Positions 40,047-51,719 of a DNA stretch of 64,000 nucleotides are shown here, piece after piece; within the stretch, counting starts at the first letter, position 1; every line of letters begins with the position of its first letter. Made by a program: the position numbers and the translations under genes. The DNA lies in NCBI GenBank assembly GCA_964204605.1, contig OZ123195.1:120968-184967 (forward strand). The letters run 5' to 3'. The notes below the pieces were generated by a model. It worked only from the letters and a program-made list of their open reading frames with translations. It made no database searches and was not told the origin of the DNA. The stretch comes from Bacteroidota bacterium (GTDB taxonomy: Bacteria > Bacteroidota > Ignavibacteria > Kapaibacteriales > UBA961).

Positions 40047-42539
40047 CTATCGAATAATGATGAATTGACCTGTTATCACAGATTGATTATTCATGATTCG
40101 GAAAGTATAAGAACCAGCAGGTAAATCTTGCACTGAAACCTGAGCTACACCATTTTGACATTCTATTATTTGTTCTGCATTGATAATTCCTAAAGAAGAA
40201 AATATCTGAATAGTTGCATGGCCATTATAGTGTGGTAAAGCTATTGAAAGAATTGATGTTGTAGGATTTGGATATACTGTAAAAGAAGAACCAAATACAT
40301 TTTCTTGAACATCACTAACAGAGTTTGAATTTAAAGTAATATTCTTTACTACATTAGGAATCGTAGAATAGTCTGTAGTGATTACTGATTGATATCCTTC
40401 AAAGTCAATTTTATCAGCAATGAGCGTAAATAATCCTTGTCCAAGCTCATCAATAGAATAGACGCCTTTATCATCACTTAAACAGTAATCTGAAATTTCA
40501 TTATTTTCATCTACTACATAAATAAATGCACCACCAACACTTGATTCAGTAAGAGGTGAATCTGTTTTAAATGTGCCTTTTTTATTGATAATGCCATCTA
40601 ATTTAGCAGCACCTTTTTTGCCTAAAACAGGTACTAGTCTAATATCAAACACAATCGCAATCATATTGTCACCAACAGAAATACGAGTTGCATCTTGCCA
40701 TTTCTTTGCTGCAAAACCACTTGATGTATAATATCCAGGTGCATAATAGCGAGTATCAGGAATGCCAAAAAGAACATATTCACCAGGTTCAAGATTATTA
40801 AATACTGCATTTCCTTCTAAATCTGTATTTAATGTTCTTGCAATACCTTTTTTAGGCTCTTTGCCATTTGCAATTGGCAGTGCAATGATTTTCCCAAATA
40901 ATCCCTTGCCTGAAGTATCTTTTAAGGAAACGGCAAAACCATTCTTAAATACCGGTTTGTCCTGAAGAACAAAGTTGATATTTGTATTTTGAGTTAGCAC
41001 AATAGTTGTGGCTTCAGCCATATTTTGTTTGCCATCAAAATAAGATTGCAAGTATAATGCTGAATAATCACCAGTAGGAATCGCCAAACCAATCATTGCA
41101 TAGTTTTCTGGTAATTCAATTCGATAATTTCCTGTATTATCTGTTTTAACTGAAATGATAACATTTTCTTTTGTACTGCCATTAGGATTTTTACCGATAA
41201 ACTGTACAAGTGAATTAGGAATACCTTCGCCTTTTGAATTTTTAACTGAACCTTCTACAAGCCAATATTTTGCTTTCTTTTTTAATTCCACAATAGCAGG
41301 AATTTCATAAGTAATGTTGCATGTGGCAACCATTATTTGAGCTAAAGACATCTCCTTAGCATCTTTATACCATTCTTCAATAAAAGACTCACCGGTGAAG
41401 AAGATTTTATAAGAACCTTCTCTTACTTTCATAGACCATTGTCCCATTTTAAAAGCAACAGTATAAGAGCTTTGGCCTAGATTATCTTTTTCCAAACGAA
41501 TTGCCTTTACAGTACCAGAAGCTATTGGCTGGCCATTAGCATCTTTAACATATCCTACCAATATTGCACATGGTAGAGGTTTATCAGATCCTTCGCAATT
41601 TTCTTTAACATTAATAATCCATGACTGATCGGTTATCAATGTATCATTACCTATAATTTGTATTGCAGCAATAATGACTTTGTATTCTCCAATATTTTTT
41701 GGAGCCCATGCAATTCTTCCAGTTGAAGGATTTATTGTAAGGCCATCTGGTCCTGAAATTAGCTTCCAAACAACAGGTGTTGAATACATAGTTTGAAGTT
41801 TAGGCTCATAAACATATTCTTTATTTATACAACCTGTAGTTGAAGGCTTACTTATGATTGAGAATTTCTGTTCAACATTCTTATCGCTTATCTTTAATTC
41901 AAATGATTGCGTAATAGTAGTTTGTGGAGCATCTGTCATAGTACATGTTAATAAAATCAGATACACACCTGCAATTGGGGATTTCCATTCAATTTTACCA
42001 TCATTGTTAATAGTCATACCGTCCGGAGATTTAACTAATGCCCAAGCCAAGCCACCTTTATAATCAGTTGGTACAGAAACTTTGGCCATAAATTGATAAG
42101 CAATACCAGTATAACCAGTTTTTAAAGGTTCGGAAATAAATTTGAATAATGAATTTGCCTCTTTGATGACAATCATTTTCTTTTCAGTTGGAAGGCTCTC
42201 TGAACCAGAATTTTTTGCAGTTACATATAATTTATATGTACCAGCTGCTAATCCCTGTTTAACACATTTTGTTTCACGTGGATCTGCAATTACTTTGAAA
42301 TCTGTTAAGACACCATTAATAGTAGTTGCCATATACACTAAATATTGTGTATTAGAATCTGCATCTTGAGCAGGTTTCCACGTTGCAATGATAGTAGCAG
42401 GTGCAGTACCAGCACCTTCAATCGTTACATTGAAATTTGTTGGCGTACCAGGTATCGCCATCAAATTTGCAAATGAAGCAATAGCTAAGAGAGCAATAAT
42501 CATTACTCTTTTCGCTATGTTTTGTAGAAAATTCTTCAT
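40047..42539 (-). CDS. Large secreted multi-domain surface protein, T9SS cargo (FN3/Ig-like plus carboxypeptidase-regulatory-like domains and a type-A C-terminal sorting domain)
   Basis: Signal peptide. Two putative Ig/cadherin-like repeats (...SPDGMTINNDGKIEWKSP..GVY.., ..GPDGLTINPSTGRIAWAPK..GEY..). Several CarboxypepD_reg-like modules. C-terminal TVYPNPTTSILSI...GSYTFRI... is a T9SS CTD. Confidence 0.8.
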   Translation of the reverse strand: MKNFLQNIAKRVMIIALLAIASFANLMAIPGTPTNFNVTIEGAGTAPATIIATWKPAQDADSNTQYLVYMATTINGVLTDFKVIADPRETKCVKQGLAAGTYKLYVTAKNSGSESLPTEKKMIVIKEANSLFKFISEPLKTGYTGIAYQFMAKVSVPTDYKGGLAWALVKSPDGMTINNDGKIEWKSPIAGVYLILLTCTMTDAPQTTITQSFELKISDKNVEQKFSIISKPSTTGCINKEYVYEPKLQTMYSTPVVWKLISGPDGLTINPSTGRIAWAPKNIGEYKVIIAAIQIIGNDTLITDQSWIINVKENCEGSDKPLPCAILVGYVKDANGQPIASGTVKAIRLEKDNLGQSSYTVAFKMGQWSMKVREGSYKIFFTGESFIEEWYKDAKEMSLAQIMVATCNITYEIPAIVELKKKAKYWLVEGSVKNSKGEGIPNSLVQFIGKNPNGSTKENVIISVKTDNTGNYRIELPENYAMIGLAIPTGDYSALYLQSYFDGKQNMAEATTIVLTQNTNINFVLQDKPVFKNGFAVSLKDTSGKGLFGKIIALPIANGKEPKKGIARTLNTDLEGNAVFNNLEPGEYVLFGIPDTRYYAPGYYTSSGFAAKKWQDATRISVGDNMIAIVFDIRLVPVLGKKGAAKLDGIINKKGTFKTDSPLTESSVGGAFIYVVDENNEISDYCLSDDKGVYSIDELGQGLFTLIADKIDFEGYQSVITTDYSTIPNVVKNITLNSNSVSDVQENVFGSSFTVYPNPTTSILSIALPHYNGHATIQIFSSLGIINAEQIIECQNGVAQVSVQDLPAGSYTFRIMNNQSVITGQFIIIR

Positions 42540-42565
42540 AAAATCACCTTCATAAAAAAATTATA

Positions 42566-43276
42566 TTACCATTTTAACTTGATTGTATTTTCGCCAGAAA
42601 TAAATGACTTTTCTTTTTTATTTTCATTTATTACTTCAATATTTGGGATAAGGAATTGTAGAAATATATTTAATTCGCCTTTACCTGTTGTTGATGAATT
42701 AGGAGGATACGAACAAGCGGACATCAATGACTTGAAAAAAATATCACGTTCTCTTAAAGATATATTTTTAAAAGTTTGATCTAGCTTTTGTACGCCACTT
42801 ATAATTCTTCTGTTATTTATTGTAATTTCTAGTTCAGCATCATCTAACAGAATTGGTTTTAGGGGCAATTGATTTCTAGGGTCTGATTTTATTATGGGAA
42901 TTATCAATGAATCAATATCAAAGCTTATTTTGTTAGGAAAACTTTTAGCTAATTCATTAGTTGCATCTCTTGTAATTAAACCTTTTCCATGTATGCTTAA
43001 TGTTATTGAATGAGTAAGAGTAGTATCAATAATAATATCACTTACTGTCAAAGAAGATAAAGTCCAAGACAAGTCTTCTTGATCTTTTTGATTAAATACA
43101 GAGTAATTACCTTTGCCTGAATAAAATATGGATATATCCTTAGAAGAAATATTGTTTGTTGATTTGGGCTCAATAATAATATTTCCGCCTAAATCTGTTG
43201 GTTCTTTGCACCCACCAATAACCTGGGAAATGCAAAGAATACAAATCAATAAAATATGTTTAAACGATATATTCAT
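42566..43276 (-). CDS. Hypothetical lipoprotein
   Basis: Signal peptide with lipobox VIGG|C. No other motif. Same strand, lying between the anti-sigma and T9SS cargo genes. Confidence 0.55.
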   Translation of the reverse strand: MNISFKHILLICILCISQVIGGCKEPTDLGGNIIIEPKSTNNISSKDISIFYSGKGNYSVFNQKDQEDLSWTLSSLTVSDIIIDTTLTHSITLSIHGKGLITRDATNELAKSFPNKISFDIDSLIIPIIKSDPRNQLPLKPILLDDAELEITINNRRIISGVQKLDQTFKNISLRERDIFFKSLMSACSYPPNSSTTGKGELNIFLQFLIPNIEVINENKKEKSFISGENTIKLKW

Positions 43277-43316
43277 AACTGCAATTGTACTTAATATATA
43301 GAGAATAGCTTATGGT

Positions 43317-44537
43317 TTAAAATGTAATAGCAATGCCATATATGATGTCTAATTTATGAGTTTGGAACCAATTTCCTTGATATTGATAATTCATCCAAGA
43401 TTGTTCGCATCCAATATTTATTGCAAATTTAGGTGTAATCGGATAGAGAATACCGGTTCCAATTCTTCCTAATAAACCAACTTCGGTTCCGCCAGCAAAA
43501 CCCGATAGATATAATTGAGAACCTTTAGCAAAAATTTCTTGAGGATTAGTTCTAGCTTGGATAAAAAGTCCACCAGACAACATAGGAGATACTTGATTGA
43601 AATCAACTGATCTATTGTCTTTAACTCCTTGATATTGCAAGGCATATAATTCACGACCTGTTTCAAATCCTACTGCAAAATTATCAGACAAGGAATATGC
43701 GAATGCTAACTTTACATTATCTGTTATAGAAGCAGTCGGTTGAATTCCTGAAAATTCATTGCCACTTACGGTCGATAATCCTCGGATCTGAGTCCAGAAT
43801 AAAGGATATTCTATTATTGTCTGATTGGTAATCTGAGAAGGTGCAACTGTTTTAGCTACTTCTTCTATCATTTTTGATTCATTTGTCAAAGGTAGTGTTG
43901 TTACTTCTTTATCTAATATAGTTTGAGGTATTTCGGTTATTGAAACATGAGTTGCTATTTCATTTGGTGTAGACAATACAGATGCCATATCTTTTTTCTT
44001 CTCGATAGGTTCTGGTTGAATAATTCTATCTCTGTACACTATTTTTGTTGGCTGTTGTAAAATTATATCAGGAACCTGTGCATTTTCTCCAGAAGAAATT
44101 GCAGCTTGAGATGGTGAAACATAGTTTTTTGCAGAATTCATTAGAGATAGAAGTTCATTACGATCTTTAGCGTATTTATCGAATGTAAACGCAATGCCTG
44201 ATCCAATACCTATTGTTAAAAGAGCCAAAGGAATTATGTATTTTTTCCACATATTCGAATGAGTATGAACAGGTAATTCGGCTACTTTTGGAAGACTTAA
44301 ACCGATGGAAGAGAAAATGATGTCTTTGGACTCAGTTGGAGGTGTGAAGGCTTCGATATCATTTTGAACAGCACTTCGAATGGCTAATAATTCTCTCATT
44401 GAAGAGCGAATATCATTATTATTAATAGCTAGCTGTGAAAACAATTCTTGTTCTTTTTCTAGTGATAATTCTCCATCTAGAAAAGAAATAAGAAGCTGTT
44501 CTGATTCAGATGATAAATGTAAATTATTGATATTCAT
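43317..44537 (-). CDS. Putative anti-sigma factor: N-terminal anti-sigma domain, one TM helix, C-terminal beta-barrel-like domain
   Basis: N-terminus LISFLDGELSLEKEQELFSQL is the typical anti-sigma motif. TM helix YIIPLALLTIGIGSGIAFTF. The last ~140 aa show an amphipathic beta-strand pattern ending ...IIYGIAITF. 26 nt downstream of the ECF sigma gene. Confidence 0.6.
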   Translation of the reverse strand: MNINNLHLSSESEQLLISFLDGELSLEKEQELFSQLAINNNDIRSSMRELLAIRSAVQNDIEAFTPPTESKDIIFSSIGLSLPKVAELPVHTHSNMWKKYIIPLALLTIGIGSGIAFTFDKYAKDRNELLSLMNSAKNYVSPSQAAISSGENAQVPDIILQQPTKIVYRDRIIQPEPIEKKKDMASVLSTPNEIATHVSITEIPQTILDKEVTTLPLTNESKMIEEVAKTVAPSQITNQTIIEYPLFWTQIRGLSTVSGNEFSGIQPTASITDNVKLAFAYSLSDNFAVGFETGRELYALQYQGVKDNRSVDFNQVSPMLSGGLFIQARTNPQEIFAKGSQLYLSGFAGGTEVGLLGRIGTGILYPITPKFAINIGCEQSWMNYQYQGNWFQTHKLDIIYGIAITF

Positions 44538-44563
44538 ATATATACAGCATTAAAAGATGCGAA

Positions 44564-45127
44564 TTATTGTGATAAATCCGATAAATAAGGTGCTAAAATC
44601 TCACGAATTTTTTGTTTTGCTCTAAATATTCTGATTTTAACAGTTGCCAAGCTAGTTTGGGTTAAGTCTGCAATCTCTTGATAACTTAAACCATCATATT
44701 CTCTTAAAACAAAAGATTCTCTGTAGTCTTCAGGTAATAATTCTAGGGCAGTAGTAACTAAAGAGAGTAATTCTTTTTTTTCATGTGAATATTCTTCTGT
44801 AAAGGGTAAATGATAATCTTCTAAATTTGTTGTTCTATGATTATTTCTCTGCATATTTAGACATATATTCCTGGCAATTCTTAATAAATATGCTGGTACA
44901 TTTGTCATTTCTCTATTTTGCTGCGCACTATTATAGAACCGTATAAACGTTTCTTGAAAAGCATCTTGTGCACTTTCTCTATTACCTAAAATTCTTCTGC
45001 AATAAGCAAAAATTCTAGGAGAATATCTGGCATAAAGTTCTGCAAAAGCTGGCTCTGAAACGGTTTTACCATTTTTCAGTGCAGCATACAGCTCTATATC
45101 GGAAACATGTGCATGTGAAGAATTCAT
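44564..45127 (-). CDS. ECF-type RNA polymerase sigma-70 family factor
   Basis: Region 2 (AEDAFQETF-like: AQDAFQETFIRFY) and region 4 HTH (LSYQEIADLTQTSLATVKIRIFRAKQKI). Confidence 0.9.
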   Translation of the reverse strand: MNSSHAHVSDIELYAALKNGKTVSEPAFAELYARYSPRIFAYCRRILGNRESAQDAFQETFIRFYNSAQQNREMTNVPAYLLRIARNICLNMQRNNHRTTNLEDYHLPFTEEYSHEKKELLSLVTTALELLPEDYRESFVLREYDGLSYQEIADLTQTSLATVKIRIFRAKQKIREILAPYLSDLSQ

Positions 45128-45301
45128 AAACGGTAATTATAGAAACAAACTTTTCATTATTAAGTTACAGATAAAATTCTACAACCTATAAACAAATCAA
45201 ATCATTAGCGAAGATAAACATAATTTATCTTCATTAGATTGCTTGTATTTTTTTTTGTGATGTGTCCCTTTAGTAAATTGTGCTAATATTTAATAATATA
45301 A

Positions 45302-46057
45302 TTGCTTGAAAACATGGAAATATTGCATTCGGTTTTTACCCCAGAAGGATTATTTAGTCTATTGACTTTATCTTTATTAGAAATTGTATTGGGAATAGAC
45401 AATGTAATTTTTGTTTCTATTATTGTGGGTAAATTACCGGTACAAGATCATGCTAAGGCTCGAAAAATTTGGATAATTGGAGCTTTAATACTTCGTACTA
45501 TTTTATTACTCAGTATATCGTGGATTGCAGGTTTGGTATATCCATTGTTTTCTATTGTACATCATGAGTTTTCGGGGCGTGATTTGATTATGATGTTTGG
45601 CGGATTATTTCTGCTTGCAAAAAGTACAATAGAAATCCACTCCAAGATTGAAGGAGAAATCCATCATGAAGATAAAGATAATACCATAAAATCTAAAGCA
45701 TTTACATCTATAATGACGCAAGTTCTATTAATTGACTTGGTTTTTTCATTAGATTCTGTTATTACAGCAATTGGATTGGCAAATCAGATTCCTATTATGA
45801 TTATGGCGATACTTATAGCCTTGATAATCATGTTGTTTTCATCTGCTTCAATTAGTAAATACATAGAAGCTCATCCTACTTTAAAAATGTTAGCATTATC
45901 ATTTTTATTGATGGTTGGCCTTACATTGTTTATTGAAGGATTTGGAATACATGTACCTAAAGGATATATATATACAGCAATGGCATTTTCATTATTGGTA
46001 GAAGTACTAAATATGCGATTTCGTAAAAATCAGAATAAACCATTACATCTGCGTTAA
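45302..46057 (+). CDS. TerC-family integral membrane protein
   Basis: LLEIVLGIDNVIFVSI and LIDLVFSLDSVITAIG are the duplicated TerC motifs. The track start is TTG; the ATG at 45314 is an alternative. Confidence 0.85.
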   Translation: MLENMEILHSVFTPEGLFSLLTLSLLEIVLGIDNVIFVSIIVGKLPVQDHAKARKIWIIGALILRTILLLSISWIAGLVYPLFSIVHHEFSGRDLIMMFGGLFLLAKSTIEIHSKIEGEIHHEDKDNTIKSKAFTSIMTQVLLIDLVFSLDSVITAIGLANQIPIMIMAILIALIIMLFSSASISKYIEAHPTLKMLALSFLLMVGLTLFIEGFGIHVPKGYIYTAMAFSLLVEVLNMRFRKNQNKPLHLR

Positions 46058-46066
46058 TAAAACTGA

Positions 46067-47248
46067 ATGAAAACTTCCCTTTCAAAATTAACTGCTTCAC
46101 AAAGAACAGAATCTTTTGGAACTTCTATATTTACAGAGATTAGTGCATTAGCGCATCAATATAATGCAGTAAATTTAGGACAAGGTTTCCCGGATTTTGA
46201 TGGCCCAATAGAAATAAAACGGATTGCCATGGAGGCTATAGCTTCTGGTAGAAATCAATATGCGGCTATGTCTGGTGAAAACGGTTTTAAAAAAGCAATT
46301 GCAAGGCATTCCTCTAGATTCTATCAACATGATATTGACCCATCGTCTCAAATAACTGTTATGTCTGGTGCAACAGAAGCTTTGTTTTCTACAATATTAG
46401 CTTTTATTAATCCAGGTGATGAAGTAATTGTTTTTGAACCTTGCTATGATTCTTATGTGCCCGCAATAACCATTGCAGGGGGAATTCCAGTACCAGTAAC
46501 ATTGCATGAACCATTATATAGATTTAATCCAGTAGAGTTAAAAGCAGCTTTTTCTGAAAAAACAAAAGCTATTCTTATAAATACCCCGCATAATCCTTCT
46601 GGAACTGTGTTGAATAGATCGGAATTAGGTTTTATTTCTGATTTATGTAATGAATTTGATGTACTTGCAATTGTTGATGAAGTATATGAACATCTAGTTT
46701 TTGATAATCATATACATGTACAATTGCGATCAATGCCAGACATGGAAAACCGAACAATTACTATTTCTAGTATAGGTAAAACATTCTCATTTACTGGATG
46801 GAAATTAGGTTGGGCCATTTCTAGTGAAGTGCTTCAAAAACCAATAAGAAATGTGCATCAATTTAATGTGTTCTCAAGCATTACTCCAATGCAATATGCA
46901 GCAGCAGCAGCTTTAGATTTACCAGATGAATATTATAGTCAGTTAAAACAAGATTATCGGAAAAAAAGAGATTATCTTTCATCGATATTATCACATGCTG
47001 GCCTTTATCCTATAGTATCCGAAGGGACGTATTTTATGATGGCTGATACAGTGGATTTTTCATTTGCACATACTAATGATTTTGCTAAATGGCTAATCAA
47101 AACATGTGGAATTGCATGTATACCACCAGGAAGTTTTTATCTGCGCCCCGAAAGAGCAAGTACTTATGTTAGGTTTTGTTTCTGTAAAAAGTATTCTACA
47201 CTTGAAACTGCGGCAGAACGTTTCTTAACGATAAAAGACTATATATAG
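46067..47248 (+). CDS. Class I/II PLP-dependent aminotransferase (YbdL / kynurenine-glutamine transaminase-like)
   Basis: NLGQGFPDF, NTPHNPSG, DEVYEH and the PLP-Lys motif SIGKTFSFTGWKLGW. Confidence 0.85.
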   Translation: MKTSLSKLTASQRTESFGTSIFTEISALAHQYNAVNLGQGFPDFDGPIEIKRIAMEAIASGRNQYAAMSGENGFKKAIARHSSRFYQHDIDPSSQITVMSGATEALFSTILAFINPGDEVIVFEPCYDSYVPAITIAGGIPVPVTLHEPLYRFNPVELKAAFSEKTKAILINTPHNPSGTVLNRSELGFISDLCNEFDVLAIVDEVYEHLVFDNHIHVQLRSMPDMENRTITISSIGKTFSFTGWKLGWAISSEVLQKPIRNVHQFNVFSSITPMQYAAAAALDLPDEYYSQLKQDYRKKRDYLSSILSHAGLYPIVSEGTYFMMADTVDFSFAHTNDFAKWLIKTCGIACIPPGSFYLRPERASTYVRFCFCKKYSTLETAAERFLTIKDYI

Positions 47249-47418
47249 AGTTTGTAAGTATACATACTTTTAGTTGTTTATGGATTAAAACCATGCTGTA
47301 GATTTATAGTAAAGTACAATCATACATTACTTTTAATTTTGTTTAATAGTTCAATGTAAAATTTTGGTAATTTGGTCATCATTAATAAATAAATCATTCT
47401 AACTTAAGGTAATATAAT

Positions 47419-47745
47419 ATGTCACACCCTTTGCATATTACAGATGAAAATTTTGAAACTGAAGTACTTAAATCAGATAAACCTGTATTAGTAGATTTTT
47501 GGGCTACGTGGTGTGGTCCATGCCGTATGATAGCTCCTATTATTGAAGATCTAGCAGGCGAATACGAAGGAAAAGTTGTGATTGGGAAAATGGATGTTGA
47601 TAGCAATCAAATGGCACCACTGAAATATGGAATCAGATCAATTCCTACAATATTGATTTTTAAAGGTGGAGAAATGGTTGATACTATTATTGGAGCTGTA
47701 AGTAAGCAATATATTGCTGAACGTTTAGAAGCTCATACCAATTAA
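47419..47745 (+). CDS. trxA: Thioredoxin
   Basis: 108 aa with VDFWATWCGPCRMIAP and IRSIPTILIFKGG. Confidence 0.95.
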   Translation: MSHPLHITDENFETEVLKSDKPVLVDFWATWCGPCRMIAPIIEDLAGEYEGKVVIGKMDVDSNQMAPLKYGIRSIPTILIFKGGEMVDTIIGAVSKQYIAERLEAHTN

Positions 47746-47760
47746 TTCAACATTGTTTTT

Positions 47761-48054
47761 ATGAGTATTCCAGAATTACTATCCAAAGAATTAATCGATA
47801 ATCATAGTGCATTATTACCTATGTGGATTAATGATGGATTAAGCCTTAAACGACAGTTCATCCTATCTAATTTTGCATCGGCTATTGGATTTATTAATGC
47901 GATTGCAATTGTATCAGAAGCTATGGATCATCATCCAGATATTCAACTATATGGTTGGAATAAAGTTTCTATTATGATGAGTACTCATGATAAAGGAGGT
48001 TTAACAGAATTAGATTTTCAGTTAGCATCCAAAATAGATTCTATTTCCTTTTGA
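47761..48054 (+). CDS. Pterin-4a-carbinolamine dehydratase
   Basis: 97 aa carrying the DHHPD...W motif (EAMDHHPDIQLYGWNKVSI..STH). Confidence 0.85.
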   Translation: MSIPELLSKELIDNHSALLPMWINDGLSLKRQFILSNFASAIGFINAIAIVSEAMDHHPDIQLYGWNKVSIMMSTHDKGGLTELDFQLASKIDSISF

Positions 48055-48123
48055 ATATGAAATAGATAAAGTTAAAAAAGGGCGCCATTGTTCATTGCGG
48101 CAAAGGATGTCCTTTTTTCATAA

Positions 48124-49458
<1,335 letters not shown>

Positions 49459-49505
49459 TTAGCAATACTATTTTCATGCTCCACCAATTGTTTGAGTAAA
49501 AATTT

Positions 49506-50906
49506 ATGAGCATTGTTTTTGGAACTGATGGATGGCGCGGAATTATCGCCCGCGATTTTACCTATGATAATTTAGCATTAGTTGCAACTGCAACAGCGAA
49601 TTATATTAAAAGAATAGGCGAAAAAAATTCAGCTGCTGTTATTGGATATGATACCAGATTTATGTCTCGTGAGTTTGCCGAAGAAACCGCAAGGATCTTT
49701 GCTTTTCATGGTATTATTGTTCATTTAACGCAATCTGTTTCTTCCACACCTCAAGTGTCATTTCATACCAAGCAAAAAGGTGCTGTATTAGGAATAGTAA
49801 TCACTGCAAGCCATAACCCTCCTATTTATAATGGATATAAAGTAAAAGGTAAGTTTGGGGGCCCTGCATATCCTGAAGAAATAGCAGAAATAGAACTAGA
49901 ATTAGCTAAACTTGCTAATAAAGTTCCGAAAGCTCCGCCAAAATCCCTAGATCAATATATACTCGAAAGAGCAATACGCCCTTTTGATGCTCAAGAATCA
50001 TATCTTAGATATATCAGGAAGAAAATTGATCTAGACTTAATTAATTCATCTAATTTTACTATTCTTTTAGATGCAATGTATGGTGCTGGACAAGGCATTC
50101 TTCCTAAAGTATTGCAGAATGTAGAAGAGATGCATGCTGAGTTCAATCCTTCTTTTGGAGAGATTACCAACCCTGAGCCAATTCCAAGCAATCTTCTTCC
50201 ATTTTTAGATACAATTAAAGAAGGTAATTATTCTATTGGTATAGCTACAGATGGTGATGCCGATAGATTAGGTGCTGTAGATGAATGTGGGAATTTTGTT
50301 GATTCACAAAAACTGTTTATTCTGCTTCTGAAGTATATGTATGAAGACAAAAAGAAACGCGGTTCAGTTGTTAAAACTGTTTCCGTTACTTCTATGGTTG
50401 AACAATATTGTGCAAAACATAATTTAACTTTAATTGAAACACCTGTCGGGTTTAAGCATGTTGCTAAACTAATGAATGAGCAAAAAGTAATTGTGGGTGG
50501 GGAAGAATCAGGCGGCTTAGGGACAATTCTTCATATTCCAGAGCGAGATGGCATTTTTAATGCACTTTTACTTATCGAAATGATGGCTCATCGTAAAAAA
50601 AGTTTGAAACAATTATGCGATGATCTTGATACAGAATTTGGTCCACATAGATATATGCGCAAAGATGTTCATGTAACGAGTCAACAAAAGAAAGTGATAA
50701 TGAATGCTTGTGCAAAAGGTCCTGCAAAAATTGGACGTTATACAGTAATTTCAACTGAGACAAAAGATGGTTTCAAATTCTTTGTGGATAATGGTTGGTT
50801 GCTTATACGTTCATCTGGTACTGAACCTTTGATAAGATTCTATGCCGAAGCTGAAACTATGGGTAAGGTCAATGAATTATTAGAAGAAGGCTTTAAACTT
50901 AGCTAA
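49506..50906 (+). CDS. Phosphoglucomutase/phosphomannomutase family protein
   Basis: FGTDGWRG, active-site ITASHNPP, metal loop ATDGDADR and GEESGG. Confidence 0.85.
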   Translation: MSIVFGTDGWRGIIARDFTYDNLALVATATANYIKRIGEKNSAAVIGYDTRFMSREFAEETARIFAFHGIIVHLTQSVSSTPQVSFHTKQKGAVLGIVITASHNPPIYNGYKVKGKFGGPAYPEEIAEIELELAKLANKVPKAPPKSLDQYILERAIRPFDAQESYLRYIRKKIDLDLINSSNFTILLDAMYGAGQGILPKVLQNVEEMHAEFNPSFGEITNPEPIPSNLLPFLDTIKEGNYSIGIATDGDADRLGAVDECGNFVDSQKLFILLLKYMYEDKKKRGSVVKTVSVTSMVEQYCAKHNLTLIETPVGFKHVAKLMNEQKVIVGGEESGGLGTILHIPERDGIFNALLLIEMMAHRKKSLKQLCDDLDTEFGPHRYMRKDVHVTSQQKKVIMNACAKGPAKIGRYTVISTETKDGFKFFVDNGWLLIRSSGTEPLIRFYAEAETMGKVNELLEEGFKLS

Positions 50907-50921
50907 TCATCAAGACATCAT

Positions 50922-50966
50922 AAACCTTTATTCGTTTTTCAATAAGATTACGGGTAAAGGTTTTTT
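50922..50966 (+). terminator. Possible intrinsic terminator after the PGM/PMM gene (long-loop hairpin)
   Basis: AAACCTTTA (50922-50930) pairs with TAAAGGTTT (50955-50963), followed by a T-run. The loop is 24 nt, so this is weak. Confidence 0.35.
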
Positions 50967-50978
50967 ATATATAACTAC

Positions 50979-51719
50979 ATGAAAGATAAAGTTATTACAT
51001 ATTTGCAACAGCAAAAAGAATTATTTGGACCTTTATTATATGTAGAGCCTCCTTTTACTGTTGATAATCATGTATTAAATCATGAAGAACCCTTACACAT
51101 ACAAGCTGAAACTATGTCTTTAAGTATCAATCCCAATTGGCATCATGCAGAATCGCTTCCGATTTTATACCAATATATTCATAATTGTCAGGAATGTTCT
51201 CTAGGATCAACTAGAAATTCTTTTGTATTTGGGGTAGGTAATCCACAAGCTGATATTCTGATTATTGGCGAAGCCCCCGGAGCAGACGAAGATGCAAAAG
51301 GCGAACCATTTGTTGGTGCAGCAGGACAGCTTCTCACCAAAATATTGCAAGCTATAGGTTTTACCCGCGAAGAAGTATACATAGCAAATATTATAAAATG
51401 TCGCCCACCAAATAATAGACGTCCAGAAAAATCTGAAATACACTCATGTGAACCTTATTTACAGAAGCAAATAGAATTGATAAAGCCTGCTTTTATTCTT
51501 GCCTTGGGATTAACTGCTGTAAATACACTCTTAAAAAATGATCACAAAATGCAGGATATTCGGGGTAAAATTCTTAATTATCATGGGGTGAATATGATCG
51601 CTACATATCATCCAGCTGCTTTATTGCGTAATCCAAATTGGAAAAAACCTGCTTGGGATGATGTGCAAATGCTTAAAAATATGTACGAAGATTGGAAAAA
51701 GAATAATCCTAGTACATAG
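50979..51719 (+). CDS. Uracil-DNA glycosylase, family 4 (Fe-S type) with an N-terminal extension
   Basis: [49 protein letters not shown]. Confidence 0.85.
   Translation: MKDKVITYLQQQKELFGPLLYVEPPFTVDNHVLNHEEPLHIQAETMSLSINPNWHHAESLPILYQYIHNCQECSLGSTRNSFVFGVGNPQADILIIGEAPGADEDAKGEPFVGAAGQLLTKILQAIGFTREEVYIANIIKCRPPNNRRPEKSEIHSCEPYLQKQIELIKPAFILALGLTAVNTLLKNDHKMQDIRGKILNYHGVNMIATYHPAALLRNPNWKKPAWDDVQMLKNMYEDWKKNNPST

Noticed and set aside
45128-45301. Possible yybP-ykoY (Mn2+) riboswitch upstream of the TerC-family gene
   Set aside because: TerC/Alx genes are classic targets, but the 174-nt leader is extremely AT-rich. It lacks the conserved GGGGAGUAG and GAGAC-type cores and any convincing four-way junction pairing.
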